From Octopus sinensis (Eukaryota), in contig NC_042999.1 in assembly GCF_006345805.1 (NCBI RefSeq), positions 104,780,001 through 104,844,000 of the forward strand: DNA of 64,000 bases, written 5' to 3'. Position numbers and translations under genes: made by a program. Position 1 is the stretch's first letter; the number at the start of each line of letters is the position of its first letter. The notes below the pieces were generated by a model. It had not been told where the DNA came from and did no database searches. It saw nothing but the letters and a program-made list of their open reading frames with translations. Below are positions 12,605 through 27,167 of this stretch, piece by piece.

Positions 12605-13011
12605 CTCTTTTTCTCTTTTCTCTTTTACTTGTTTCAGTCATTTGACTGCGGCCATGCTGGAGCACCGCCTTTAATCGAGCAACTCGACCCCGGGACTTAT
12701 TCTTTGTAAGCCCAGTACTTATTCTATCGGTCTCTTTTTTGCCGAACCGCTAAGTGACGGGGACGTAAACACACCAGCATCGGTTGTCAAGCGATGCTAG
12801 GGGGACAAAACACAGACCACAAAACACACACATATATATTACATATATATGACAGGCTTCTTTTCAGTTTCCGTCTACCAAATCCACTCAAAAGGCATTG
12901 GTCGGCCGGGGCTATAGCAGAAGACACTTGCCCAAGATGCCACACAGTGGGACTGAACCCGGACCATGTGGTTGGTTAGCAAGCTACTTACCACACAGCC
13001 ACTCCTGCGCC
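12605..13011 (-). mobile_element. tRNA-derived SINE (octopus OK-like family), full length
   Basis: Minus-strand head GGCGCAGGAGTGGCTGTGTGG (A box)...GGTTCAGTCCC (B box). The tail reads ggcggtgctccagcatggccgcagtcaaatgactgaaacaagt followed by a simple-repeat end. Confidence 0.85.
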
Positions 13012-13186
13012 TATATATATATATATAACTATATATACATACATATCTGGCGCGGGGTCTTAGGAATTTTTCAAAGCGCAGACACAAGGTCAGGAGAAAA
13101 GGGTTGTAATAACATTATTTAGAAGGGCGAACTTCGTTTCTTGAATGTAGTGCGTGCTCCTTAGCTCCTCTCTTGGCTTCGCCCAG

Positions 13187-13237
<51 letters not shown>

Positions 13238-13471
13238 CGCAACATATACATGCATACATACATACATATATATATTCATAAGTATAGTCCTGTATGCATA
13301 TATATAAATATATATGTATATATATATATATATATATATAGTATATATATATATATATATATATATATCTATATATATATATATACACATACATACATAT
13401 ATACATAAACATACATGCATACTTACACGCATGCATATCTATATATATAAGAAGTAGAAAGTGAGAAATTC

Positions 13472-13526
<55 letters not shown>

Positions 13527-13772
13527 TATCCTTTCTATTTCTTTCTGTTTCGCTTCCTACAATTTCCTGTTGTCTTACAATAAAATCTTTGCAACGGAGA
13601 AGGATGTAGTTTTCACGGATGGCGGAAGTCATACGTGTTTACTTAAACACTGTCTCACCACCCAAAAATCACACCTGCGCACACACATAAGCACAAACTC
13701 GCAAAAATACACTTTATATAAAGAAACGAAAGAAACGATGTATATGTGTGTATGTTGCGTGTGTGTATATAC

Positions 13773-13825
<53 letters not shown>

Positions 13826-15031
13826 ATACACGCACATAACACATTATGCATATAGTAGTTTGTAAAATGAGTATTATGTACTGGTGTACGTATATAAGCA
13901 AGTAACTAAGATTGCGTGTGATGAATTTCAAAGCTTAACAATTTCTTCAGTTTTCTTCCATTTACGTAATATAGCGGACACAAACGTAAATGCACACACT
14001 CACGAAGTCACTCACGCACATATATCTCTTTATATAATCATTTATTTAACATTACGTTCTCTATGTGTGTGTGTTTGTGTGTGTATGTGGGTGAATATAT
14101 GTTTGGGAGAAAAGAAAATCAACCCAAGACAACTGGAATGGAAGATGTCTACAGATTAGATTGCAATTTGCTGCCATTGGTGATGACATCCTGTTATTCT
14201 GACTAAATTGGAAATAACAGAAGGAAATCTTTGGAGAATTTCTCGTAACAAGCGCAACAATGCACATGCATATACTCACATATATTCACCCGCACGCACA
14301 CACACGCGCGCACACTCATTTATGTTTATATAAAAAGAGACACGGACGCGTTGATACATGCACCATTCATTATCCAGCGGAGCAAGAGAGTAGGATGAAA
14401 GATAAAGAAAGACCGAGACTGAGAAAGTAGAATGTTATAAGTCTGTATGTGTACGTGCGATGGTGTATATGATGGAGGAATACGTATAGGGAAGCGTAAG
14501 TAAGGTTTGCTAGACAAGTGAGAATAGTATTAAACAAATGGTATGTCTGCGAGAAAACGTATAAAGAATTGAAAAAGTTTGAAAGAAAAATGAGAGGAAA
14601 CGGACGAGGAAGAGTAGAGTCTATATGATATGACGAGATGCGTAATTGTATTTTTATATATATACTACATACAAGTTTGACCAAAAGTCATTTGACAGTA
14701 ATTCAAAATTCCAAAAATACTATCTGTAATTCTGTATTGACTCGAATGGAAGAATGTATCACTCATGAATAACTTTAGTTTGAACAATTTTCATGATGTT
14801 TCATATTTAGATGCTTTTATTAAATTCATTCAGTTGCTAAACATAAATAAATCTTCGAATTAAACGGATTTGGTTTACTGTCAGGTGACTTTTGGCCAAC
14901 CCTGTATTTGTTTGTGCTATCATTGATGGTACGATAAATTTAGGTGGATACATAGTAGTACTATCCAGACATGCACCTAACACAAACATGCACATTTATA
15001 CAAACGCACACTTACGCATACACACACACAC

Positions 15032-16905
15032 AGCTGTCTGCTGAGTGGTCGCCATACAAGTTGGCCTGCACGCGTATAGTTCGTTTGGCATCATTCAAGC
15101 GAGGCGCTTTGGACCTGTAAAAATACTCATCGCCGCCGTATTTCAGCAGCTCTTATCGGCTTTTCGCAACATCTCGCATCTTCTGCAGAGAATCACGGCA
15201 GGTTTTCGAGGTAAGAACTGAAGCCATTGCATTATCCGTCATAAGACATTACCTTAACAGTCGAAGGAAAGACGTACATATCTACTCAGAAGCAAGTGGC
15301 ACCTGCCCGTTCCGAATCATCAGAAACCTAATTATGGTTTTGCTTCCATGCGACGCTCCACCATTCGGTCACTATTTGTTTTAGCATGAAAGCCTTGTCT
15401 CTTACAAAGAAACCATCATATTTTGCATTGAAGAAATGTTTATTCTTGTTACAGGAACGTCTGCAATTTATTTGCTAACTACTTCTAGCTTACAAGAGGT
15501 CATGTATCCAATCTTTTCCCCTCTATCGCTCTTTGCAAGGGATTCTGATTTAATCGCGTTCTCAGAGCACACACTACCGGTTGTGGACGATTACTGTAAT
15601 CACCTACCACTCAACTAATTCATTGCACCTGTCTTTACGTGTCCGTAAGGACATTTCAATAACAGGGTTCCTATCAATAAATCTTATCGAAGTCGACTGA
15701 GCAGACCACTCATCTGTCGTGAATGTAGCCGACTAGTTTGAACTGCGGATATTCTACTCTATCCCTATCCACTTGTCTAAGAAATACTGTATCTAAATAC
15801 GACAAAGACGACATGTTCTGGTTGCATCATGCTTATATTTATACATAAGGAGAATCCAGTCAGTACCTGTCAAACAATTGGAAACGTCTGAGCTGTTTTC
15901 CGAGGCTTTTGCTTCTTCACACTAGATTCCTCAATTTGCCTAACATACAAAATATAGTTCCAGTCCTTCACTAGTAGCAGTGATTGCGGAAACTGGGTTT
16001 AAAAAGCAACTAATGAAAAGGGTACAATCTTCGCTGCCGTTGATATCCAGGACCACCAACTTACTGTTCAGATCCAAGAAGATGCTAACCAGTTGGCTGT
16101 TCCCAACTGACGTCGAGATGATATCATAAAGTCATCGAAAATGGTCTTTCCGTAGAGCCTGGACTATTGAATTTACGTCTATTGACTGAAGGTCATCATG
16201 CAAATTATTTGGCTTCCAAAATAACCGGAGGTCGTATACATGTATTCATCCGACTCTGAAGTAAGCCATGTCAATCAGAGAGCCGACCTTAGTCCTCAAG
16301 ATGGTCGGCTGACTCAGTTTTCTTGATAGCTAAGTGGGACGTTTTGAAGGGCATTTGCAATGCATTTCTGCGTTTTTCTAAATTGCTCAGCATCAAATGG
16401 AAAACTTCGTTTTAAACCTTTATGTCTTTGACTTTGTATTAAAGGTCTATCTGTGTGAGTTTGTGGTAAAAGCCTTCCTCATTTGTAACAGTACCTTTCT
16501 TGTTTAGTACATCCTTCATCTTATGTTGCTCTTTCAAACAGCAGCGGAGTTGGTGATGTTTTCTTCTAGTACGTGTTGCTGCTGTTTTTGTGTTTTACTA
16601 GTGTAAGTAATTTCTTTACCTTTCTTTCTGTGATTGCAATTGACATTGATTTTGTGATTTTCGACCAAGCTGTTGATACTGGAGAGCATCTAGTGTTCAT
16701 ATGAATAGGCTTACACTTATCTTGAGCTGGCCCGTTTATCCAGACTTCTTTTTCACGTACACACGCAGAGCTGTCTGCCAAGTGGTCGACAAACAAGTTG
16801 GCCTGCACACGTAGAGTGCTGTTGACACTGGAGAGCGTCTAGTGTCCATTTGAATAAGCTTATATTCATCTTGAGCAGGTTCGTTTCTCCTGACTTCTTT
16901 TTCGC
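15032..16905. other. Higher-complexity island bounded by ~50-bp direct repeats, possibly a decayed LTR-element remnant
   Basis: gctgtctgctgagtggtcgccatacaagttggcctgcacgcgtatagt (15032) resembles gctgtctgccaagtggtcgacaaacaagttggcctgcacacgtagagt (~16770). An ~90-bp unit is repeated at ~16670 and ~16820. Only weak peptide hints. Confidence 0.3.
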
Positions 16906-17149
16906 TTCAATTTCGTAACTAGGCGAAATCCTTGGCCCAGTGATGTCTTTTGATGTTGAGACTGTGTGCGTGTTTGTGTTTAGGTTTTTCTGTGGTAAGT
17001 GGTGATGACATTCCTGGTAGTTTTTATTTATAAATGGGTTTGATATTGTTGTTTGCTGTTGTTCTAGGGATGCCTGTTGTTGCTATTGCTGTTGTTGTAA
17101 CTACAGATTTTGGTCCTGTCGGATACTGGATACATCTAATACTTCTCCC

Positions 17150-17470
17150 ATTCTTCCTTCTTTCCTCTCCCCTTCCTCCATCTCCCTCATACGTCTCTTC
17201 CCCTTCTCCTTTTTCACTCCTCCCCTCTTCCCATCCTCCACTACCTTTTCCTCCTCCACCACTTTTTCCTCCTATTCCTCTTCCTCCTCCTCCCCTCCCC
17301 TTCCCCCCATCCCCTTCCCTTCCCGTCCCTTCTTCCCCTTCTTCCTCCTCTCCTCTTTCTCGCCCTTCTACTCTTAACCATTACTTCCCCTTTTTACTTT
17401 CCTTTACCTTCCCTCCATCTTCGACCCTCCTCCGTCATCGTCATACGCCTCCTCCTTATCTTCCTCCTAC
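17150..17470. repeat. Polypyrimidine (C/T) tract
   Basis: About 320 bp almost free of purines on the + strand. Confidence 0.9.
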
Positions 17471-18981
17471 TCCTCCCCGTCATCATCACGATAACGGCGA
17501 CAACAGCGACAATAACACCAAAACAGTAACAACAACAACAACAACAACAACCACAACAGTAATATCAAAATATAACAATAAAGACTGCAATAACGAAACC
17601 AACAAATAACACAATCCGTAATGCAGAGCTACCTTGCAATACTAACCAAAAGACAAGAAGAAAAACTAAATAATACGAACTATTGATAGAGAAGTCAGCA
17701 CTCCAAGTATCTGCATTACATATGAGAAAATGTAATAACAGTAAGTATTATCAACATTATCACTGCCTTATTCACTGACGTTCCCAGCAGAATTGGCGAA
17801 CACAAAAAGTAAACAACAAAACCAACGATAATAAGACCGACATCAACGACAGCAACAACAATAACAAGTACAGCAGTAATGAAAGCAGCAGCAACAATAA
17901 GTATAACGAATTCATTGAATGTTTCAGGCAAATCTTTTAAAATCTAAAATGAACATAAACTACCTCAAGGGACACTATTAATTCAAAGGAATATATAAAA
18001 TATACGTTGATATCATGTAAGTATATATTTATGAATGTACATATGTATAAATATATATGAATATATATGCATATATGTATGTATATATCCATGAATATAT
18101 ATATATATACACACAAATATGTATATATATGTATATAATATATATATATATATATATACATACATATATTTATACATCTATATCAATCATGTATATATCT
18201 ATATATGTATATGTATATACGTATATATATATATATATGTGTGCATATATATATACATTTATATATACATATACATACACACATATATATAGTATACTCA
18301 CACACACACACCTACACACATACACACACACACACACACATATATATATATGTGTGTGTGTGTGTGTATGTACGTATATATATATATGCATATATACAAT
18401 CACATAAATATATATATCATATAAACTCATGCGTGAAGACACATTTCTACATATATGAATGAAAACACACACTGATTCATACACGGACACACACACTCAT
18501 ACACACACAAATACACACACACACGCATATATATATGTGTATATATATATGTTTATATATATACTTACATATATAATTAAGATTCAGTTCACACACACAC
18601 ATACATACCTATATATATATATATATATATACGCACACATATATACGTGTGTGTATATATATGTATGCGCGTGTGTTTATGTAAATGTATGCATCCATAA
18701 ATGTATGTGTATACATATATTACAAAGAAAACGAGGATGGAAAGAGACTGAGAGATAGAGATTTATACCTATAACAGCTTTCCGCAAATACTCGTACATA
18801 CACATACATACACCTATCGTCATTATCACTACATCATCTTTAATGCCGAAACGAAGAAAGCAAGTAGCAACAAGAATAAAACCTATCGCTACGTGTATGA
18901 TATACAGTTGCATAGATACATTATTATAAACACACATTCCCACACACATATAGATACACACACATACACACACATATAGAC

Positions 18982-19057
<76 letters not shown>

Positions 19058-19289
19058 GTGTGTGTGTGTATATATATACATATATATATATGTGTGTGTG
19101 TGTGTATATATATATATAAACTACATTTAAATATGCATATACATACATATATATATATATATATTTATATGCATGATTGCATACATAAAGACATTCTAAT
19201 GTATATGAACAAATATGATATAAATGTATGAGTATATGTGAGTTTCTCTGTATAAATACACACACACAACCCCACCACACACAAACACG

Positions 19290-19322
<33 letters not shown>

Positions 19323-19477
19323 CACAAAGGAATATATATTGATATATGTTCGTATCTACATGTATGTATATGTGTATGTATATATATGTATATATATATA
19401 CATATGTATATACATACTAAACGTAAACATAACTATGAATATATATATATATATATATACAAATGTGTATACACACA

Positions 19478-19520
<43 letters not shown>

Positions 19521-20002
19521 ATATACACACGCATGCACACAGATACAGATTCGAGAGAGACACGAAGTGGAAATATGACCCCCCTATATACATACATATT
19601 TGCAATCTCATCACCAGACAAACATCTACACACACGCAACCATACATTAATCTTGGCAACAATTTGTATTCTACGAAAGTTTTGGTTTCAATATAATGAA
19701 CGAGATTTGCCAACTTTAAAGGGGAAGTTATTCGAAGATGGTGGAAATAGCGTAGGGGACTAAATTCAGAATACATACATGCATAAATACATACATAAAT
19801 AAACTCAAATAAAAGGCTAAAAACCATCGCATATGAAGAATTCTTTAACTGTAAAATATGGTAAAAATTCTTGAACGAATGCCAAAAATAGTTCCGAAAA
19901 ATGGTTTGCTTCTTGATAAAATAAGAAATTCGATCTTTTTCGCGTGTCTTCTAATATATTTCAATAACATGAGAGTAGCTGCTAGCAGACATTGGGGCAG
20001 AG

Positions 20003-20160
20003 AAAGAGAGAGAGAGAGAGAGATTGAGAGAGAGAGAGAGAGAGAGAGAGATTGAGAGAGAAGGTGAGAGAGATTGAGAGAGAGAGAGAGAGAGATTGAG
20101 AGAGAAGGTGAGGGAGAGGGGAGAGAAACAGCGATGGAAAAAGAGACAGAGGGAGAGATA
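20003..20160. repeat. (GA)n tract with GATT interruptions
   Basis: Direct reading. Confidence 0.9.
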
Positions 20161-20716
20161 TAGGAAGACATAGATAGTAAATTAGTAAGATGAGGTTTAG
20201 TTCTTATAAAGCCCAGATTTTAGATCGATTGGAACGTACAGCTTGATTAGCACCGAATAGTAAATATAATGAAGAAAGAAACCAAAAACCAAACCGAAAT
20301 ATCAAAACCAATAAGTATGCCATATCTTACTCTGTTCTTGAAAGGACCAGACCTGTTACAGATTACATGAAAATGGGCCATGTCCTGTTTACACTATACA
20401 TATATATGCTCGTGTGTGTGTGCCTTAGTGTATGTGTGTGTATATATATTTATCGCCTCATATAAAAATAGTGTGTGTAAGAGAGAGAGAAAAAAAGAAG
20501 AGAGATATTTGAGGGTATGGCCATCAGAAATAGAACAGAATAGGCAAATATTTCTTCAGTGACTCTTTGCACTTGAGTCAATTATCTATATTTGCAGCTA
20601 AAATTATTCATATATATATCTTTATCTATAAATCAATATACATCTATTTATGTATGTATTTATATACATTATATCAACCTATGCATATAACAGACACATG
20701 TATGTATATACATATA

Positions 20717-20773
<57 letters not shown>

Positions 20774-20793
20774 CACATACACATGTATGTATG

Positions 20794-20832
<39 letters not shown>

Positions 20833-21254
20833 ATGTATATGTATATAGATGCGCGTCCATATGTCTTTGTATGTATATTATTATTATCTAAAACAGTTTG
20901 ATTCGGCTCCATACGACATTCGTAGGTTTCTTAAAGAAACCTAGCTCTTTCACACTCGGTAAACAGAGCCCGAAATATCTGGTACATGTAAGAGGCCATA
21001 AAACTCTAAGTCGCATTGAGCTGACTCAAGCTGTTATAAATAATAATATATGTAACTCCAACTAAATGTATTGCGTGCCTCATTGTCTCGATTGTCCGTA
21101 CACATGCGGGCGCACACAAACGCACACACACACACACACGAGTCCCAGATGAACCTACATCATAGAAAGAAACTCAAAAGCGAGCAACAATATCGCACCC
21201 CCTCTTTCCCCAAAATCCAATCACAAAAGAACGGCCATTGAAAGGGTGATAACA

Positions 21255-21310
21255 CTGGCGGTGCCCCTGCATGGCCACAGCCTTCAGGCTGAAAGGTATA
21301 AAAAATAAAG
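21255..21310 (+). mobile_element. Isolated SINE/LINE 3' tail fragment
   Basis: ggcggtgcccctgcatggccacagccttcaggctgaaa matches the tail of the 12605-13011 SINE. Confidence 0.6.
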
Positions 21311-21431
21311 GAAAATAAGAATATATATATACATCCACATACACACACACACATATAGGGTGAGGATTCACGAAAAAAAACAAAAGACGAAGACAGGTGG
21401 TGTTAATATAACGTTCAGGAATTGAAAAAGT

Positions 21432-21467
21432 CTTTAACGTTTCAAGCCGACGCTCTTCAACAGAAAG
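21432..21467 (-). ncRNA. Minimal hammerhead-like motif with A6U core (CUGUUGA) within a short dispersed repeat
   Basis: CTTT | CTGTTGA | A | GAGC-GTCG-GCTT | GAA | AC GT | T | AAAG; stems I and II pair and stem III is the palindrome AACGTT. Confidence 0.5.
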
Positions 21468-21513
21468 GAATACAGAAAGAAACAAGGAGAGAAAAAAATA
21501 TATGTATATATAA

Positions 21514-21544
<31 letters not shown>

Positions 21545-22344
21545 ATATATATATATGTGTGGGGGGGTGCGTGTGTGTATGTGTGCGTGTGTGTGTGTGT
21601 TCGCGTGCCCACATACGCGTTGAGTATTGGCATAGTGAATGTATGATGTCGCATATTGTTCTAATAGCTTGGTGACACAAATAAAGACAAATCAATTATC
21701 AGACGAAATGACACGAACAATTTTCGTAGAAGGAATGCTTAATCATATTTATTAGTGCTCTGTATAAGTGGATCTGAGCTGTAACATCGGTACAACCGTG
21801 TTAACCCATCCTGACAAGTTGTATAGTGTTATATATGTTTTACAAAAGTAAATCAAATAGTTAAGAAACAAGACATGTTGAATAGGCAATTAAATATTAA
21901 TAATGTTGAAATTTTACAGCTGCTCCTATTGGATAATTTGAATTTAATTCTACTTATGCATCTTCATTGCAAGTCAGCAGATAGTTGATACACTATATAT
22001 ATATAGATCAGATTGGCGATTTCGAATTTGTTTCGGTAGAGATACGAGTATAGGAAATTGATAAGTGGGGAAGGTTTCACTTTACCTAGCAGCAAAGTGT
22101 ATTGTGATTTTTAACACTATACTTCTTCCAGACGGGAAACAACAGCTTCTGCTATTCAAACAACACAAATTCGTTAAGTATATAGTATTAGTGATATTTG
22201 TATATTTGTATATTTATGCGTATATATTAATAAATATATACTTTTGCATATGTATATTCATATGTAAACATAAATACATTTGTAATTATCTATCTATCTA
22301 AAATTCTTTATCTTTTCTTTTTCTCTCTCTCCCTTCCTCCATCA

Positions 22345-22464
<120 letters not shown>

Positions 22465-22476
22465 ATATTTATGGTA

Positions 22477-22706
22477 ATTGCAACATGGAAAGCTCAAGTT
22501 AGTCATTCAGAAAAACACAAACACTATTATCTTCATTTAAACATTTATTTGTATTATGACTAAAAGCTTTTTGTCAGTGGACACGTCGCAGTTTTGAGCA
22601 CAAGAAATTTTGATACCGTAACACAAATAAATGTTTAAGTGAAATTAATGATCTTTGTCTCTTTATGTGTTTCTGAATAGCTAGCTTGTGTCTTCCACGC
22701 TGCAAT
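22477..22706. mobile_element. Palindromic MITE-like element (~230 bp)
   Basis: attgcaacatggaaagctcaagttagtcattcagaaaaacaca...tttaaacatttatttgtattatg pairs with cgtaacacaaataaatgtttaag...tgtgtttctgaatagctagcttgtgtcttccacgctgcaat. Arms are ~85 bp and imperfect. Confidence 0.6.
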
Positions 22707-22826
22707 CACTTTAGATTCAGCACACGATGTCATAATAATAAAAAGAAAAATTATTATGCAAGTAAATCATACGCGCAATTGACATACATGCATATATATA
22801 TATAAATATAAATATAAATAAATAAT

Positions 22827-22877
<51 letters not shown>

Positions 22878-23444
22878 CTACATTACAAACTTACAAGTCA
22901 TATATGTAACTCACGCGTGCACATGCGGACACGTACATATATGTATATATCTATCTTTTTATATATGCATACAGATATACACAGAGACACGTATATCTAT
23001 ATATATTTGCTTATTTGCATTCGTGTTCAAGCTTTTCGGATTTCAAACTTGAACATGGAGCGCCGGCCATCATCACTACCAGTCAGCCTCTATATTTGGT
23101 GAAGAAGCTCACAATCTTTGTAGAACGATATCTAGCGACAACGTCCTGGAAATCGAGTTGGGTCATCGGATATATTCGGGTGCACTGGCTTTTCGAATTC
23201 TCAGGTATCTATATGATAACATTGTTGCATAAAACTGTCAGCACTATAGGAATGTTACCGAGCTTTATCATTGTCCTGCATGATAGAGTCTAGTAAGTGC
23301 TACACGCTATATCGTTGACATAAAAGAAACAATTAGTTTCCAACGTCGAGTCGTTCCTGTTGAAATATATGTTCAGATACATACATATATAAATATATGT
23401 TTGCATACACATACACACACGTACACGCATTCACACACAAACAC

Positions 23445-23501
<57 letters not shown>

Positions 23502-23748
23502 AACATATTAGTAGATAGGGATAAATAATCCTGGCGGGCACTGTAAGAGCTCGGAGTTATAATCCAAGTCTAGGCTAACTGCATTGAGCTGCAAGGAACA
23601 CGAAGGATTACTTAGAAGGAGCAATCCCACTGTAATTCATCCGAGAGATAAACCCTGGGTCCGCTTCACTGGACTCTGAATATTTTGCTGTATGTATATA
23701 TTCTTTTATTTGTTTACTTGTTTACTTGTTTCAGTCATTTGACATACA

Positions 23749-23800
<52 letters not shown>

Positions 23801-23903
23801 GAATACGCGCGCGCGCACACACATTTTTATAAAAGTCATTTTATCATGTTAAACCGTTAATCCGGATACATTGTTTCTCTCTCCACTTTGTTTCTTCTCA
23901 TCC

Positions 23904-23939
23904 CGTTCTGTCGAAGAGCGTAGGCACGAAATGTCAAAA
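23904..23939 (+). ncRNA. Second copy of the A6U hammerhead-like repeat (CUGUCGA)
   Basis: cgtt CTGTCGA A GAGC GTAG GCAC GAA AT GT C AAAA; homologous to 21432-21467. Confidence 0.45.
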
Positions 23940-24459
23940 ACATTCTTCCGTTCTTCCCGACCGTCAAACGAATACAACCGCTTGTTGATCCCTCGTCTTT
24001 CGTTTTCTATACATTTGAGCTATATATATTTATACATAAGTATGTATGTAATACTCAGACACGGATCATTCCATTATATGCATACACACACACACACACG
24101 CACTCAAACAAATATACCCACGCATTTTAAAAAGACCTTTCCACTTGCTTCAGTCTTCGCATTAGTGCCACGTTGTGAGACTGAACTGGAAACCGCATAG
24201 TTGCAAAGCGATATCAGCCATATCTGAAGTTTCAATGACTCAGTCTCTTATTGATGGAAATCAGTCTATAATTAACGAACATCTCATAAAGTTATAATGT
24301 ACTGTTTAATTATCATTACAGTCGCTACCATTACTAGAATCAAGACAAGCATCAAAATCACGGAAAGCATCAACTTGATTACCATCACCAGGTGAACATG
24401 ATCACGACGCCATCACTTAACGACTAGAATAACAACATAACGGCTAGAATAACGCCTCT

Positions 24460-24591
24460 ACTACGACTACTACAACTACTACACTACTACTACTACTACT
24501 ACAACAACAACAACAACAACATTTTGCACCTCTTGGAAAACTTGCTGGATCAATGCAACTCTTCCATGCCAGATCAACATATGCTCTGCTG

Positions 24592-24650
<59 letters not shown>

Positions 24651-24681
24651 ACCACTACTGCTGCTGCCACCACTGCTGCTG

Positions 24682-24722
<41 letters not shown>

Positions 24723-24735
24723 GATGCTGCCGCTG

Positions 24736-24767
<32 letters not shown>

Positions 24768-24810
24768 GATGCTGCCGCTGCGACTACTACTACTACTACT
24801 ACTACTACTA

Positions 24811-24849
<39 letters not shown>

Positions 24850-24885
24850 AACTACTACTACTACTAATACTACTACTACTACTTT
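24460..24885. repeat. Compound triplet repeat (TAC)n/(TGC)n/(CAA)n
   Basis: Direct reading. It interrupts a duplicated motif caatgcaactcttcca...cagatc (~24552 and ~24922). Confidence 0.95.
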
Positions 24886-26389
24886 TTAACTTTTTTGCTT
24901 CTTTTCGAAGTCTTACCCGGAGCAATGCAACTCTTCCACATCAGATCTGATCTTCAATACAGTTCTCATATCCTCAACCTGATTTCAAGGATCTTGCACA
25001 AGTTGATCAAGATATGTTCTGTTACTGCTACTACTACAGTTGCTGCTGCTGCTGCTGCTGCCACTTCTACTATTACTACTACTACTACCACCACCACCAG
25101 GGCATCCACTTTACTCATCAACGGCCAGGATCAGTTGCTTCGAGTTTTGAAATTACATTAAAACGATACGAAACATTCTGTACCTTATCAACAAGCGATT
25201 AAATAATGTATCACACCATTCTATATCTATCAATAGAAATATTTCGTTTCAAAAACATCAAATGAAGAAGAAAAATATCAGTAGTAAACATACTGCAAAG
25301 CAAGTTTCCGGAAAGACCAGAATGTTCCGGAATATGGTGGAACACAGTCTTCTATAATCACATGACATTTTTTGGGATTAATCCAACTTTTAGATTCCTG
25401 TTTCTTTCAGGTTTATTTGATATTTGCTAAATTTATTATTCTTGGCTTGTCAGGAATTTAATCCTCGCAGATGATGTGGTCCTGTCCAACGTTCAAAATA
25501 TTGTTGACACCACTGTATACCATCAGCAACGTTATTATCGTCTCTTTGCCTCAACATTCTTTTTATTTTCCAATACTCCCAATATTTGTTCTTGTAATTT
25601 CGTTTACAGTACAAATACATGCACATACATACAAACACATCCACGTATACACGCCACACACATAATACACGTACATGTATTTATATATATTTGTGCACAT
25701 GTCTACAAATATTGATAGAGATAAATAGATTATATATGGCTGTATATATTCACCTGTGTGCTTAATTGCTTTATCAAAAGATGTTCAAGAAATGGCCTGT
25801 CGTTTCTTTTGAGATAGCAAATACACACGCATACACAGACACACATAGATATACACACACGACCACGAATTTCATCCGTTTACTATGTTATAGTCGAATA
25901 TATATTTTCTTGTTACTTGCATTAATCATTGGACTGTGGCCATGCTGGGACACCACTCTTCAAGGGTTTTAGTCGGACAACTTGTCCCCAGTACATACTT
26001 ATGCTGTGATTTTTATTTACCTGGTAATTATTCTACCAGTCTCTTTTACTTTCACCGTTATATAGTAAAGAGCATGATCCCACTGTTTTGTATTTTGTCC
26101 AAGTGTTTTCTAACATTGATTTGAGTACACCCAAATTTCTTAGCTTATTCAGTGAAACTCGGTGAAAAGAAATTGTGTGTAAGTTAGTTGAATGCATTGC
26201 ACCTGCAATTCAGAACAACCATCTTATTCAAATCCCGAGGAACAGTGATTCGGAGATGTTTTAGATTAAGTGCTAAGTGTAAACTAGATATACTCAGTCA
26301 TCTAATCTAAAAGACATGCAGGTTGTTTAGTTAATGGAACAGTTGGTATATATATAGTTGATGTACATATATATAAATGCGCGTATCTG

Positions 26390-26404
26390 TCTATCCATCC
26401 ATCC

Positions 26405-26500
<96 letters not shown>
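26390..26500. repeat. (CTAT)n tetranucleotide repeat
   Basis: Direct reading. Confidence 0.95.
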
Positions 26501-26502
<2 letters not shown>

Positions 26503-26691
26503 ACACATACATACATATATATATATATATACATGTAAATATATATATACGAGTGTGTATATACGTATATATATATATATTTATACATGCATACATATAT
26601 GTATGTATATACATTCACATATACACATGTATATATTTACATATATATATGAGTATGTATATACATATATATATATATGTGTGCGTGGGTA

Positions 26692-26724
<33 letters not shown>

Positions 26725-26799
26725 ATATATATAGGCATGTATATATGTATGTATATATATATATATATAGGCATGTATATATGTATATGTATGTAGATA

Positions 26800-26841
<42 letters not shown>

Positions 26842-26845
<4 letters not shown>

Positions 26846-27064
26846 CCTCCATTTGCATTTGTGCGTACAATCCTGGGCAAAATGTCTTCCGAACGTCCAA
26901 GACTCGAACCAATACATCTTGGCATAAGTATGTTCTCAGGCATCATTATCAGAACCGAAAAGCCGAGTCAAATGCTGCATCTTGTGCAATCTTCTACGAG
27001 TCTCATCAATCCACAGCTGCCTGGATTGGGAATATTTTTACCGATCCCGAAAAGATAAGAGACA

Positions 27065-27066
<2 letters not shown>
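26842..27066 (-). repeat. 225-bp inverted copy of 27937-28161 embedded in a (TA)n tract
   Basis: Five mismatches in 225 bp by manual alignment; (TA)n on both flanks. Confidence 0.9.
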
Positions 27067-27124
<58 letters not shown>

Positions 27125-27135
27125 TATATATGTAT

Positions 27136-27167
<32 letters not shown>

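Noticed and set aside
12960-13011. tRNA genes here and at 31210-31280
   Set aside because: A and B boxes are present, but there is no closed cloverleaf and each continues into a SINE body and tail.
13115-13185. GGGCGA...GAAAC...TCGCCC (minus strand) as a hammerhead
   Set aside because: No CUGANGA core and no stem II.
17034-17609. 191-aa Pro/Ser-rich ORF
   Set aside because: Product of a polypyrimidine tract flanked by degenerate triplet repeats.
24479-24925. Poly-Ser/Val/Ala, poly-Leu and poly-Tyr/Cys ORFs
   Set aside because: Triplet-repeat expansion open in several frames, with no splice or start context.
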